A DNA stretch of 64,000 nt from an uncultured Lentisphaeria bacterium (lineage in GTDB: Bacteria > Fidelibacterota > UBA8477 > JABMPR01): positions 211,436 to 275,435 of the forward strand of contig CAYVVT010000002.1 of assembly GCA_964454335.1 (NCBI GenBank), read 5' to 3'. Made by a program: the position numbers and the translations under genes. Below are positions 8,204 to 16,339 of this stretch, in pieces. Below the pieces are notes generated by a model. The model worked only from the letters and a program-made list of their open reading frames with translations. It was not told the origin of the DNA and searched no databases. Numbering within the stretch: the first letter of the stretch is position 1; the number at the start of each line of letters is the position of its first letter.

Positions 8204-10552
8204 ATGGGGCTGAAGATTGAAAAGGTCGCCATTCTGGGTGCCGGATTGATGGGTGGACAGATCGGTGCCCATCTTTCAAACGCAGGCATCCCATCCATGG
8301 CCTTCGATCTGAAACAGGATCTGGCTGAAAAGGGTCTGGAAGCGGCAGTGGGCATCAAGCCGGCGGCATTCTACAATCCCAAGACCGTGGACATGATCGA
8401 GCCTCTGAACTATGATGATCATATCGAACGAATCAAAGAGGCAGACTGGGTCATAGAAGCCATTGCAGAGCGTCTGGACTGGAAACAGGAGTTGTTCGAG
8501 AAGATCGCACCGCATCTGAAGGATGATGTGATCATCAGCAGCAACACATCCGGTCTTTCCTGGGCCGCTATGGCGGGTACTCTACCTGAGAAACTGCGCT
8601 CGCGTTTCTTCATCACCCATTTTTTCAATCCACCTCGTTACATGCGATTGGTGGAGTTCGTGGGCGGACCTGAAACAGACAAGCAGATGCTACAGGATAT
8701 GGCTGCTTTCTGTGATGATGTGCTGGGGAAAGGTGCCGTCTGGTGCAAGGATACGCCCAATTTCGTGGCCAACCGCATTGGCATCTACGGCATGATGCTC
8801 ACCATGAAGCTGGCTGATGAGATGCAGCTTTCCATCACGGATGTCGACAAACTCACCGGTACCCTCATAGGCCATCCCAAATCGGCTACGTTCCGTACGG
8901 GAGACGTCGTGGGTCTGGACACCCTGGTGCATGTAGCCAACACAGCATATGAACTGGGGGAGAACGACGAAGCACGAGAGCTCTTCAAGATCCCGGACTA
9001 TCTGCAGAAACTCGTGGATGAAGGCCGTTTGGGTCAGAAGACCGGTGAAGGCTTCTACAAGAAGATCTCCAAGGGTGTCATCCATGAATTGAACACCAAG
9101 ACACTGGAATACGAACCAGGGGTGAAACGGAAATTCGATGCCGTGCGTGTCTCCAAGAACGAAACCTATCTCCCTGGCAAGTTCCGGGCCCTGGTGAACA
9201 TCGATGATGTTGCCGGCACATTCATCTGGGAGCTGCTGGCGGGGATCCTGATCTATTCCGCCAATCGCGTTCCGGAGATCGCTGATGATATCGTCAACAT
9301 CGACAATGCCATGAAGTGGGGATTCGCCTGGGAAATGGGGCCCTTCGAAACTTGGGATGCCCTGGGTGTGGCTGAGACCATCGAGCGCATGAAGAAGGAA
9401 AGCAAGAAGGCTCCCAAGTGGATCACTGAGATGCTGGCCAGCGGTCAGGATAGCTTCTATGGCTTTGACGGCAAGCAGAAGACCTTTTATGATCCCGGAA
9501 GCAAATCCATGAAACCTGTACCGGTGCATGAGAAGGCCATCGATGTCCAGATCATCAAGAAGACCGGTGGTCTCATCAAGAAGGACTGGTCGGCATCCCT
9601 GCTGGATATCGGCGATGGTATTGCCATGGTATCCACGCATTCGGTGTTGCAGCCGAACTTCAATCCCATCGATGGGTCCATTCTACAGATGTATACCTAC
9701 GCGGCTGACTGGGTTGCAGAGAACGATTACAAGGGACTTGTGATCGCCTCGGAATGCACCCATTTCTCTGCAGGCGCTAACCTCAAGTTCGTGCTCAAGG
9801 TCATCGATGACCGAGACTGGGAAAAACTGGAAGGCGTGAACAGAGCAATGCAGGACACCTTCCAGAAGCTCCACTATGCTCCATTCCCGGTGGTAGCTGC
9901 CCCGCACTGGCTGGCGCTGGGCGGTGGATATGAGACCATCGCGGCATGCGACCGTATCGTCACTGACGCCGAGTTGTGGACTGGCCTGGTTGAGGTAGGC
10001 GTTGGCCTGATACCTTCCGCCGGCGGATGCTGGCGGATGGTGACACGGATGACGGACCGGATGGCCAAGGGGCGTGCCGGCGCATTTCCGGTTGTCCAGA
10101 AGGTTTTCGAATCAGTGGGATTCGCCAAGGTATCCACCTCGGCCAAGCACGCGGTTTCAATCGGTTATCTCACCAAGGATGACCAGATCGTCGTGAATGG
10201 CAGTCACAGGGTATACGAAGCCAAGCAGGAAGCTCTGGCCATGGCTGATGGTTATGAACCGCCTGCTCCGCGGGAAGACATCTTCCTGCCCGGTAAAGGC
10301 GGGATGCTGGCAGTCAAGACCATGATCAAGGGATTCACCAAAGCCGGCAAGATCTCGGAGCACGATGCGCTGGTGGCGGAGAAACTGGGTTACGTGCTCA
10401 CCGGGGCTGATAAAGGCGGTATCATGAAACCCATCGCGGAACAGGATTTCCTGGATCTGGAGCGAGAGGCCTTCGTCTCGCTGGCCGGGGAACCCAAGAC
10501 CCGTGCGCGAATAGAACATACGTTGAAGACGGGGAAACCCCTGCGCAACTAA
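8204..10552 (+). CDS. bifunctional 3-hydroxyacyl-CoA dehydrogenase / enoyl-CoA hydratase (dehydrogenase N-terminal, crotonase-like C-terminal)
   Basis: Start moved to ATG 8204 (RBS GGAGAGGAG upstream; the track extension overlaps the thiolase). N-terminal NAD fold KVAILGAGLMGGQIG; C-terminal crotonase-like segment. Confidence 0.85.
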   Translation: MGLKIEKVAILGAGLMGGQIGAHLSNAGIPSMAFDLKQDLAEKGLEAAVGIKPAAFYNPKTVDMIEPLNYDDHIERIKEADWVIEAIAERLDWKQELFEKIAPHLKDDVIISSNTSGLSWAAMAGTLPEKLRSRFFITHFFNPPRYMRLVEFVGGPETDKQMLQDMAAFCDDVLGKGAVWCKDTPNFVANRIGIYGMMLTMKLADEMQLSITDVDKLTGTLIGHPKSATFRTGDVVGLDTLVHVANTAYELGENDEARELFKIPDYLQKLVDEGRLGQKTGEGFYKKISKGVIHELNTKTLEYEPGVKRKFDAVRVSKNETYLPGKFRALVNIDDVAGTFIWELLAGILIYSANRVPEIADDIVNIDNAMKWGFAWEMGPFETWDALGVAETIERMKKESKKAPKWITEMLASGQDSFYGFDGKQKTFYDPGSKSMKPVPVHEKAIDVQIIKKTGGLIKKDWSASLLDIGDGIAMVSTHSVLQPNFNPIDGSILQMYTYAADWVAENDYKGLVIASECTHFSAGANLKFVLKVIDDRDWEKLEGVNRAMQDTFQKLHYAPFPVVAAPHWLALGGGYETIAACDRIVTDAELWTGLVEVGVGLIPSAGGCWRMVTRMTDRMAKGRAGAFPVVQKVFESVGFAKVSTSAKHAVSIGYLTKDDQIVVNGSHRVYEAKQEALAMADGYEPPAPREDIFLPGKGGMLAVKTMIKGFTKAGKISEHDALVAEKLGYVLTGADKGGIMKPIAEQDFLDLEREAFVSLAGEPKTRARIEHTLKTGKPLRN

Positions 10553-10566
10553 GGATCAGCCTACAT

Positions 10567-10592
10567 CCATCTCTGCCTCATCGCAGAGATGG
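10567..10592 (+). terminator. GC-rich hairpin 14 nt after the beta-oxidation operon stop (possible terminator; no clean U-tract)
   Basis: Perfect inverted repeat CCATCTCTGC / GCAGAGATGG with a 6-nt loop. Confidence 0.3.
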
Positions 10593-10918
10593 AGCTGCGG
10601 CACGACAATGATTGTTTTCCTCCCTGCCTGCCGCCCAAGTACTCTGGCAGGCAGGCTACCCGCCTTCGCCTTGCAGGCTATGGCGCGGTAAACCTGCTAT
10701 GGGAAAACGGCAGAACCCTCCGCTGGAGGGTTCTGCCATTGAGAAACTCCTGCGAAGTTTCTCAGCTAGCCCTCCCGAAAGCCTCGCCCAAGGGGGGCTG
10801 CGCTATTAAAGAATGTAGGAGAACCTGTCCGACTGAATTGGATTGAATGATCGTTGTCTCCCCTGTGATTTCAGATATCTTCGTAATCTGAAGGCATCCA
10901 ATTGAAGATGTTCATCGT

Positions 10919-11374
10919 ATGAAAAAGATCCTGTTCACCCTGATATGTTTATTTGCCATGGCCTCTGGTCAATACCAGATGAGCATCATCACAGCCGATG
11001 GAGAACGGCACCTGTTTCCCGTTTCAGAGATCGACGAGCTCACCTTCGAGGGGATCACGGGTGTAGAGGATGGCGGAAGGATGGCAGCCCTGTTGAACAG
11101 CTTCACCCTGCTGCAGAATTATCCGAATCCCTTCAATCCCAGTACCACGATTGAATACAGCCTTATCCAGCCTTCGGCAGTGCGGATTGAGATCTTCAAT
11201 ATCATGGGTCAGCTGGTCATGCAGGTCGAACGTGAGCATCAGGCTGCTGGAGAGTATTCCGTCCGTTGGGATGGTCGCGATCACAGTGGCAGGATGCTGG
11301 CCAGCGGTGTCTATATCTATCAACTCACCTCCCGGGGAGTGACGGAGTCCAAACGACTCCTGCTCTTAAGATGA
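10919..11374 (+). CDS. small secreted protein with T9SS C-terminal sorting domain
   Basis: Signal peptide MKKILFTLICLFAMASG; C-terminus NYPNPFNPSTTIEYSL...GVYIYQLTSRG matches the T9SS CTD pattern. Confidence 0.6.
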   Translation: MKKILFTLICLFAMASGQYQMSIITADGERHLFPVSEIDELTFEGITGVEDGGRMAALLNSFTLLQNYPNPFNPSTTIEYSLIQPSAVRIEIFNIMGQLVMQVEREHQAAGEYSVRWDGRDHSGRMLASGVYIYQLTSRGVTESKRLLLLR

Positions 11375-12258
11375 TGGAGAAGAAGAGAATGCGATCCGCC
11401 CGAGTTCTATGCTGTCTACTGATCACTGCCACCATCTTGATGGCCCAATCCCTCAATGTCCATACCAGCGATGGTCAGGTCACCAGCTTTTCCCTGGAAG
11501 ACATCCAGAGTATCACCTTCACGGATTCACCGGTAGATGTCGTTACCTGGATCACTGTACCCGCCGGACCCTATACCTTCGGCGAGGATGATGAGATCAT
11601 GACTCACATCGATTACGATTTTGAGATCATGGAGCATGAGGTCACGAACGCCCAGTTCAGCACCTTCCTGAATGAGGCCAATGATGCTGGTGATCTTTTA
11701 CTGACGGCCTTCAGTGTGGATGGTATCTATGACGGTGATGACCTGATCCCGGCTGACGTATACACTTACTATAAACTTGGGGAGCTCAACAGTCGGATTA
11801 GCTGGGATGGTGAGGATTTCCTTGTCGACGCCGGTTATGAAGTGCATCCGGTGACTGAGGTGACCTGGTTCGGTGCCTGGGCTTTCACGCAACATTACGA
11901 TCTGGAATTACCCACAGAACAAGAGTGGGAGAAAAGCGCCCGTTCAGATACAGGATCCGACTATCCTTGGGGAGATGCGGCACCTGAATGCAGTGTGGCC
12001 AACTTCCTGGATTGCATCGGCAATACTCAAACCGTTGGTCTTGCCAGTGGTGAAAGTCCCTTTGGATTAGGGGATCTGTGCGGAAACGCACTTGAATGGA
12101 CTGCCAGTACCGAGAACGCAAGCTCCATATACCGCGTCATCAAGGGTGGTGGATTCAGCAGTAGCGGCGATGAATTGAAGAGCTGGTACCGCAGCTCCGA
12201 GATCCCGGCTGCCAACGCAGGCGATATCGGCTTCCGATGTATTCGCCTGGCAGAATAG
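11371..12258 (+). CDS. formylglycine-generating-enzyme (FGE-sulfatase/SUMF1) family protein
   Basis: Start taken at ATG 11371 (signal-like MMEKKRMRSARVLCCLLITATILMA). C-terminal GNALEWTAS...RVIKGGGFSS...WYRSSEI...GFRCIRLA resembles the FGE fold signature. Confidence 0.65.
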   Translation: MMEKKRMRSARVLCCLLITATILMAQSLNVHTSDGQVTSFSLEDIQSITFTDSPVDVVTWITVPAGPYTFGEDDEIMTHIDYDFEIMEHEVTNAQFSTFLNEANDAGDLLLTAFSVDGIYDGDDLIPADVYTYYKLGELNSRISWDGEDFLVDAGYEVHPVTEVTWFGAWAFTQHYDLELPTEQEWEKSARSDTGSDYPWGDAAPECSVANFLDCIGNTQTVGLASGESPFGLGDLCGNALEWTASTENASSIYRVIKGGGFSSSGDELKSWYRSSEIPAANAGDIGFRCIRLAE

Positions 12259-12265
12259 GTGGAGC

Positions 12266-12985
12266 TTACTCTACAGCGCTCAGAAATACCTCTGGATCCA
12301 CAGGCTGATTGAAAACAAGTGAATCGATCACTAGTGTGACTGCTCCGCCTTTACGCCCCTGGACGATGCGATGGGGGACCATGACACCATGAACCTCACG
12401 ATAGTCCTCCAGATACCAGTGATATCCAATACCGGTGAGCAGATGGGTTTCCGTATCGAACCAGAGTGAGTAATGATTTACCTCTCTGTCGGAACTGATA
12501 TGATGACCCTTGCGGCCCTTTAACTCTGTTGTTGCGATGAATTCCAGATCCTTGAAGTAATCCTCCAGCTGGATAGCCCCCCGAGGATTGAATACCCAGG
12601 CCAGCTTGCTGCGCCGGGGATAGTCGGTGATCCTGAACCCGGCGGTGTCCAGGTTCCAGCCCTGTTCACCATCGAAGCCTTCGCTGTAGGAAGATCCCTC
12701 GCCTTCCACTTTCATGATCCATATGTCAGGTGCTTCCGAGAATGCGGAGAACGCGCTTGTGTCCGGTGGTCCCTTGTATGGCCGATCATCGATCATTCGT
12801 CCATAGCAGATCCTGGTACTCAGCAGCTCCACGGCAGCACGTCCGCCAACTGCGGAGATATACCCATTGAGAATGGTATCCACACTGGGATCCTGTTCTG
12901 CAGTTTGAACTGCCGGTTCTTTCTGCTGGCAGCCTACAAGCAAACCAATGGAAAGCGCAATTATAAGCAATGTTGGTCTGTACAT
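12266..12985 (-). CDS. hypothetical lipoprotein
   Basis: Lipoprotein signal MYRPTLLIIALSIGLLVGCQQ; convergent with the FGE gene (7-nt gap). Confidence 0.45.
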   Translation of the reverse strand: MYRPTLLIIALSIGLLVGCQQKEPAVQTAEQDPSVDTILNGYISAVGGRAAVELLSTRICYGRMIDDRPYKGPPDTSAFSAFSEAPDIWIMKVEGEGSSYSEGFDGEQGWNLDTAGFRITDYPRRSKLAWVFNPRGAIQLEDYFKDLEFIATTELKGRKGHHISSDREVNHYSLWFDTETHLLTGIGYHWYLEDYREVHGVMVPHRIVQGRKGGAVTLVIDSLVFNQPVDPEVFLSAVE

Positions 12986-13082
12986 AAGTTCCCCCTTATT
13001 ATGCTCAAAAATAATACTGAATCTCGGCCCTGACTGTTTACGCTTCTTTCAGCGGTTCAGCCACACGATGGACGGTCCTTGA

Positions 13083-13427
13083 TCAGCAGGTGAGATGCAG
13101 GATGAAATTTGTTTCGGGATCGTCAAGAAATGCTACAGCGTCAGGCGTCCTGGTGATCTCCAACTGGACACCACGTTTCATGGCTTCAACACGGATACTC
13201 TGATCGATGGGCAGACTGCCGTACTGGCCGGTACCGATGACCAGCCGATCACAGTCCCAGGGAATGTTCTCCGCATCAGTGAGTGGTGTGTGACCAAAAC
13301 CGCCGCTTCTCAGCTTGGACAGCTTCTTCTGACGTTTTGAGATCTTCCCATGATCAATGACGATGTCCTTTGTGTACTGCTTGCCATCGATGGTGATGGA
13401 TCCGAAGGATAGTTGATCGACATGCAT
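13083..13427 (-). CDS. small conserved hypothetical protein (possibly Mth938-like fold)
   Basis: 114-aa ORF directly downstream of hypE on the same strand; weak family assignment from memory only. Confidence 0.3.
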   Translation of the reverse strand: MHVDQLSFGSITIDGKQYTKDIVIDHGKISKRQKKLSKLRSGGFGHTPLTDAENIPWDCDRLVIGTGQYGSLPIDQSIRVEAMKRGVQLEITRTPDAVAFLDDPETNFILHLTC

Positions 13428-13508
13428 GATGACCTCCGGAATAATTTAAGATCGAACTCCATGAGAGGTGGTGGATAATTGTAAATTATAAATCGGAGGA
13501 AGGTATCA

Positions 13509-13620
13509 GTCATCCTGAGTAGTCAGGCTGAGCGCAGCTAAGCCTGACGTATCGAAGGATAATGGTGTGGGATGCCCCTTCGATACGTCACTCGCTTTGC
13601 TCATGACTACTCAGGGTGAC
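13509..13620. repeat. nested inverted repeats forming a long stem-loop downstream of hypE
   Basis: Outer arms 13509-13525 and 13604-13620 (17 bp, one mismatch); inner perfect 13-bp arms 13546-13558 and 13577-13589 around an 18-nt loop. Confidence 0.6.
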
Positions 13621-13675
13621 CCGTCTGAGGGTTATGCTGAGATACGGAAAAAGTGTTAAGATCGTTGTTATACTG

Positions 13676-14725
13676 TCAACAGATCCTGGGCAGCTGCTCC
13701 CCAACCGGCATATCCACGATCCGGGTGGCGCCCAGACCGGTGGTCATAAACACCATTCCCGCATGGTCTTCGGTTACCTCGCCAACGATCACGGCTTCAC
13801 GGCCATTCTCATGCTGCTGCATTACCGATAACATATCGGTTGCCACATTAGACGGGACCACTGCGACAAGTTTTCCCTCGTTGGCGACATACAGCGGATC
13901 GATGCCCAAAACCTCACAGGCACCCTTGACGTCCGCCCGGACCGGGATTGCGGCCTCATCGAGCTTGACACCCACCTGGGAGCTTTTCGCAAACTCATTC
14001 AATGAGGTTGCCAGACCGCCACGGGTGGGATCGCGCATGGCGTGGATATCTTTCGACACCTTCAACATCTCGGCTACCAGTCCATTCAATGACGCCGTAT
14101 CGCTGCGGACGGTGGTTTGGAAGGATAATCCTTCACGGCTTGTCATCACCGCCATGCCATGGTCAGCCAGGGTACCGGAGACGATGACCTGGTCCCCTGG
14201 TCTCAGATTTCCTGCCGAGATATCGATACCTTCCGCCAGAACCCCAATTCCGGAGGTATTGATGAAGATCTTGTCGCAACCGCCACGGTTCACCACTTTG
14301 GTGTCTCCAGTGACTATCGTAACGCCCGATTTCTTCGCAGCTTCTTCCATGGACAGGGCAATACGATGCAGGGTCTCGATATCAAGGCCTTCCTCCAGAA
14401 TGAAGCCCACGCTCAGATAGCGTGGTTCAGCGCCACTCATGCAGACATCGTTGACGGTCCCGTTGATGGCCAGATCGCCGATATCACCTCCGGGAAAGAA
14501 AATGGGATCCACCACAAAGGTATCCGTGGTGAACGCCAACCGGGCTCCCGGGTTTTCCAGAACGGCCTGATCCTCGAGCTTATCGAGGGTCACATTCGAA
14601 AATCGGGGTAGGAAGATCTTCTCGATGAGTTCGGCTGAAAGCCGGCCGCCGGCACCGTGGGCCAATTGGACAGTGTCATGGCTCATGATGGGAACAGGAC
14701 ATGACAGGGTTTCTGGAAAATCCAT
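13676..14725 (-). CDS. hypE: hydrogenase maturation protein HypE (carbamoyl dehydratase)
   Basis: AIR-synthase-like fold; C-terminal ...GEQLPRIC tail typical of HypE; 3-nt gap after hypD. Confidence 0.9.
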   Translation of the reverse strand: MDFPETLSCPVPIMSHDTVQLAHGAGGRLSAELIEKIFLPRFSNVTLDKLEDQAVLENPGARLAFTTDTFVVDPIFFPGGDIGDLAINGTVNDVCMSGAEPRYLSVGFILEEGLDIETLHRIALSMEEAAKKSGVTIVTGDTKVVNRGGCDKIFINTSGIGVLAEGIDISAGNLRPGDQVIVSGTLADHGMAVMTSREGLSFQTTVRSDTASLNGLVAEMLKVSKDIHAMRDPTRGGLATSLNEFAKSSQVGVKLDEAAIPVRADVKGACEVLGIDPLYVANEGKLVAVVPSNVATDMLSVMQQHENGREAVIVGEVTEDHAGMVFMTTGLGATRIVDMPVGEQLPRIC

Positions 14726-14728
14726 TTT

Positions 14729-15820
14729 TCACACTTTCATGCGCTGATAACGGTAATAGGCAGCGCACGCCCCTTCACTGGAGACCATGGTAGCGCCCAA
14801 TGGTGTCTGCGGGGTACATTCCTTACCGAAGGCAGGGCATTCGTGCGGTTTCTTCAATCCCTGCAGTACGACTCCACTGATGCACAAATCTGATTCCTGG
14901 GTCTGGATATCCTCCACCAGGAATTTCTTTTCGGCATCGAAGGCAGCATACTCATCCCTGACCTTGAAGCCACTCAGGGGGATCTCGCCGATACCGCGCC
15001 ATTTCCTGTTGGAAACCTCAAAGATCCTGTTCACCAGGTCCTGGGCGGGCCGATTGCCTCCACGTTGGACTGACCGGACATATTGGTTCTCCACCATGTT
15101 CTTACCGGCCTCCAGCAGCTTCACGGTCATGAGAATGCCTTCAAGTACGTCCATGGGCTCGAAACCGGTTACGACAATGGGGACTTCATACTTTGCTGCG
15201 ATGGGTTCGTATTCCTCCCAGCCCATGACCGTACAGACATGTCCGGCGGCCAGGTAACCCTGGACCCGATTGCTGGGTGAAGAAAGCAAAGCCTCCATGG
15301 CTGGTGGTACCAGCACATGGCTCACAAGTTCACTGAAATTCGTAAGCCCAAGACTGTGGGCCTGATCGATGGCCATGGCATTTCCCGGTGCGGTGGTCTC
15401 GAAACCCACGGCAAAGAAAACGACTTCATTGTCTGGATTTTCCTGGGCGATCCTGATGGCTTCAAGGGGCGAGTAAACGGTGCGGACATCCCCACCTTCG
15501 GAACGGACCATGAACAGGTCCTTATGACTGCCGGGTACCCGGAGCATATCACCAAAGCTGGTGAAGATGACATTCTCCCGGCCGGCGATCTCGATGGCCT
15601 TGTCGATGATCTCAAGCGGAGTGACACAAACAGGACAACCAGGACCATGTACCAGCTCGATCTCTTTCGGCAGGACCTGGTCGATACCATTCCTGATGAT
15701 GCTGTGGGTCTGACCGCCACAGATCTCCATGATTACCCAGGGCTGAGTGACAGTGGCGTGGATCTCATCCAGGATCTTCTTTGCTATGGCCGGGTCGCGG
15801 AATTCGTCTAAATATTTCAT
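14729..15820 (-). CDS. hypD: hydrogenase maturation protein HypD
   Basis: Signature motifs [14 protein letters not shown] and a C-terminal Cys cluster. Confidence 0.9.
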   Translation of the reverse strand: MKYLDEFRDPAIAKKILDEIHATVTQPWVIMEICGGQTHSIIRNGIDQVLPKEIELVHGPGCPVCVTPLEIIDKAIEIAGRENVIFTSFGDMLRVPGSHKDLFMVRSEGGDVRTVYSPLEAIRIAQENPDNEVVFFAVGFETTAPGNAMAIDQAHSLGLTNFSELVSHVLVPPAMEALLSSPSNRVQGYLAAGHVCTVMGWEEYEPIAAKYEVPIVVTGFEPMDVLEGILMTVKLLEAGKNMVENQYVRSVQRGGNRPAQDLVNRIFEVSNRKWRGIGEIPLSGFKVRDEYAAFDAEKKFLVEDIQTQESDLCISGVVLQGLKKPHECPAFGKECTPQTPLGATMVSSEGACAAYYRYQRMKV

Positions 15821-15989
15821 AATAGCATTTACTTAAAGAGTTTATTCATCGGTCATTGCGAGGTGCGAACGTCCCCCGCTATAGTCGGGGGATGTGAGCG
15901 ACGCGGCAATCCAGTGAGGTGAACCCGGATTTGATCTTGCTAGATCGCCACTGGCTGTCCACAGGACACCCCTCGCGATGACCTTCATA

Positions 15990-16262
15990 TTAATCCAGAT
16001 TCTTCTTCTCATCATCAAACAGTCCAGCCTCGCCCGCCGCTTCCAGCACCTCATTCCAGGCATCAAAGGACTTCTGCGCTTCCTCTTCATTCAGGATTGA
16101 AAGGGCAAAACCGGCATGTACTATTGTGTATTGACCCACTTCGATCTCTGGAACGTACTCCAGACAGGCCTTGTTCACGGTACCTGAGAAGTCAATGTTG
16201 CCCATCTTGAGCCCGTTCTCCTCGAACACTTCCACCAGTTTTCCGGGAATCGCCAGACACAT
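15990..16262 (-). CDS. hypC: hydrogenase maturation chaperone HypC
   Basis: N-terminal MCLAIPGKL (conserved Cys2), 90 aa. Confidence 0.85.
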   Translation of the reverse strand: MCLAIPGKLVEVFEENGLKMGNIDFSGTVNKACLEYVPEIEVGQYTIVHAGFALSILNEEEAQKSFDAWNEVLEAAGEAGLFDDEKKNLD

Positions 16263-16339
16263 ACTCTTTATCTCCTCAGCTTCGCATCATTAATCATTGC
16301 TGGAAATCTGAAATTTGGAATTTGAAACCCGATAAGCTA

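Noticed and set aside
8690-9640. 316-aa minus-strand ORF inside the 3-hydroxyacyl-CoA dehydrogenase gene
   Set aside because: Antisense shadow ORF of a confidently assigned gene; no recognisable motifs.
10589-10846. 85-aa ORF in the spacer after the beta-oxidation operon
   Set aside because: Cys/Pro/Arg-rich translation through GC-rich palindromes with no start context; more likely non-coding structured sequence.
13509-13620. Inverted-repeat element considered as a tRNA or tmRNA
   Set aside because: Stems of 17 and 13 bp and the absence of T-loop or anticodon-loop geometry do not fit a cloverleaf.
13653-14420. 255-aa + strand ORF overlapping hypE, and similar + strand ORFs over hypD and hypF
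   Set aside because: The hyp genes on the minus strand have unmistakable signatures; the overlapping frames are Ser/Pro/Arg-rich artefacts.
15851-15983. hypC-hypD spacer considered as a tRNA gene on the minus strand
   Set aside because: Although it has a 7-nt loop hairpin, the stem is 7 bp, the loop lacks U33, and no acceptor or T-arm could be built; kept as an unclassified structured element instead.
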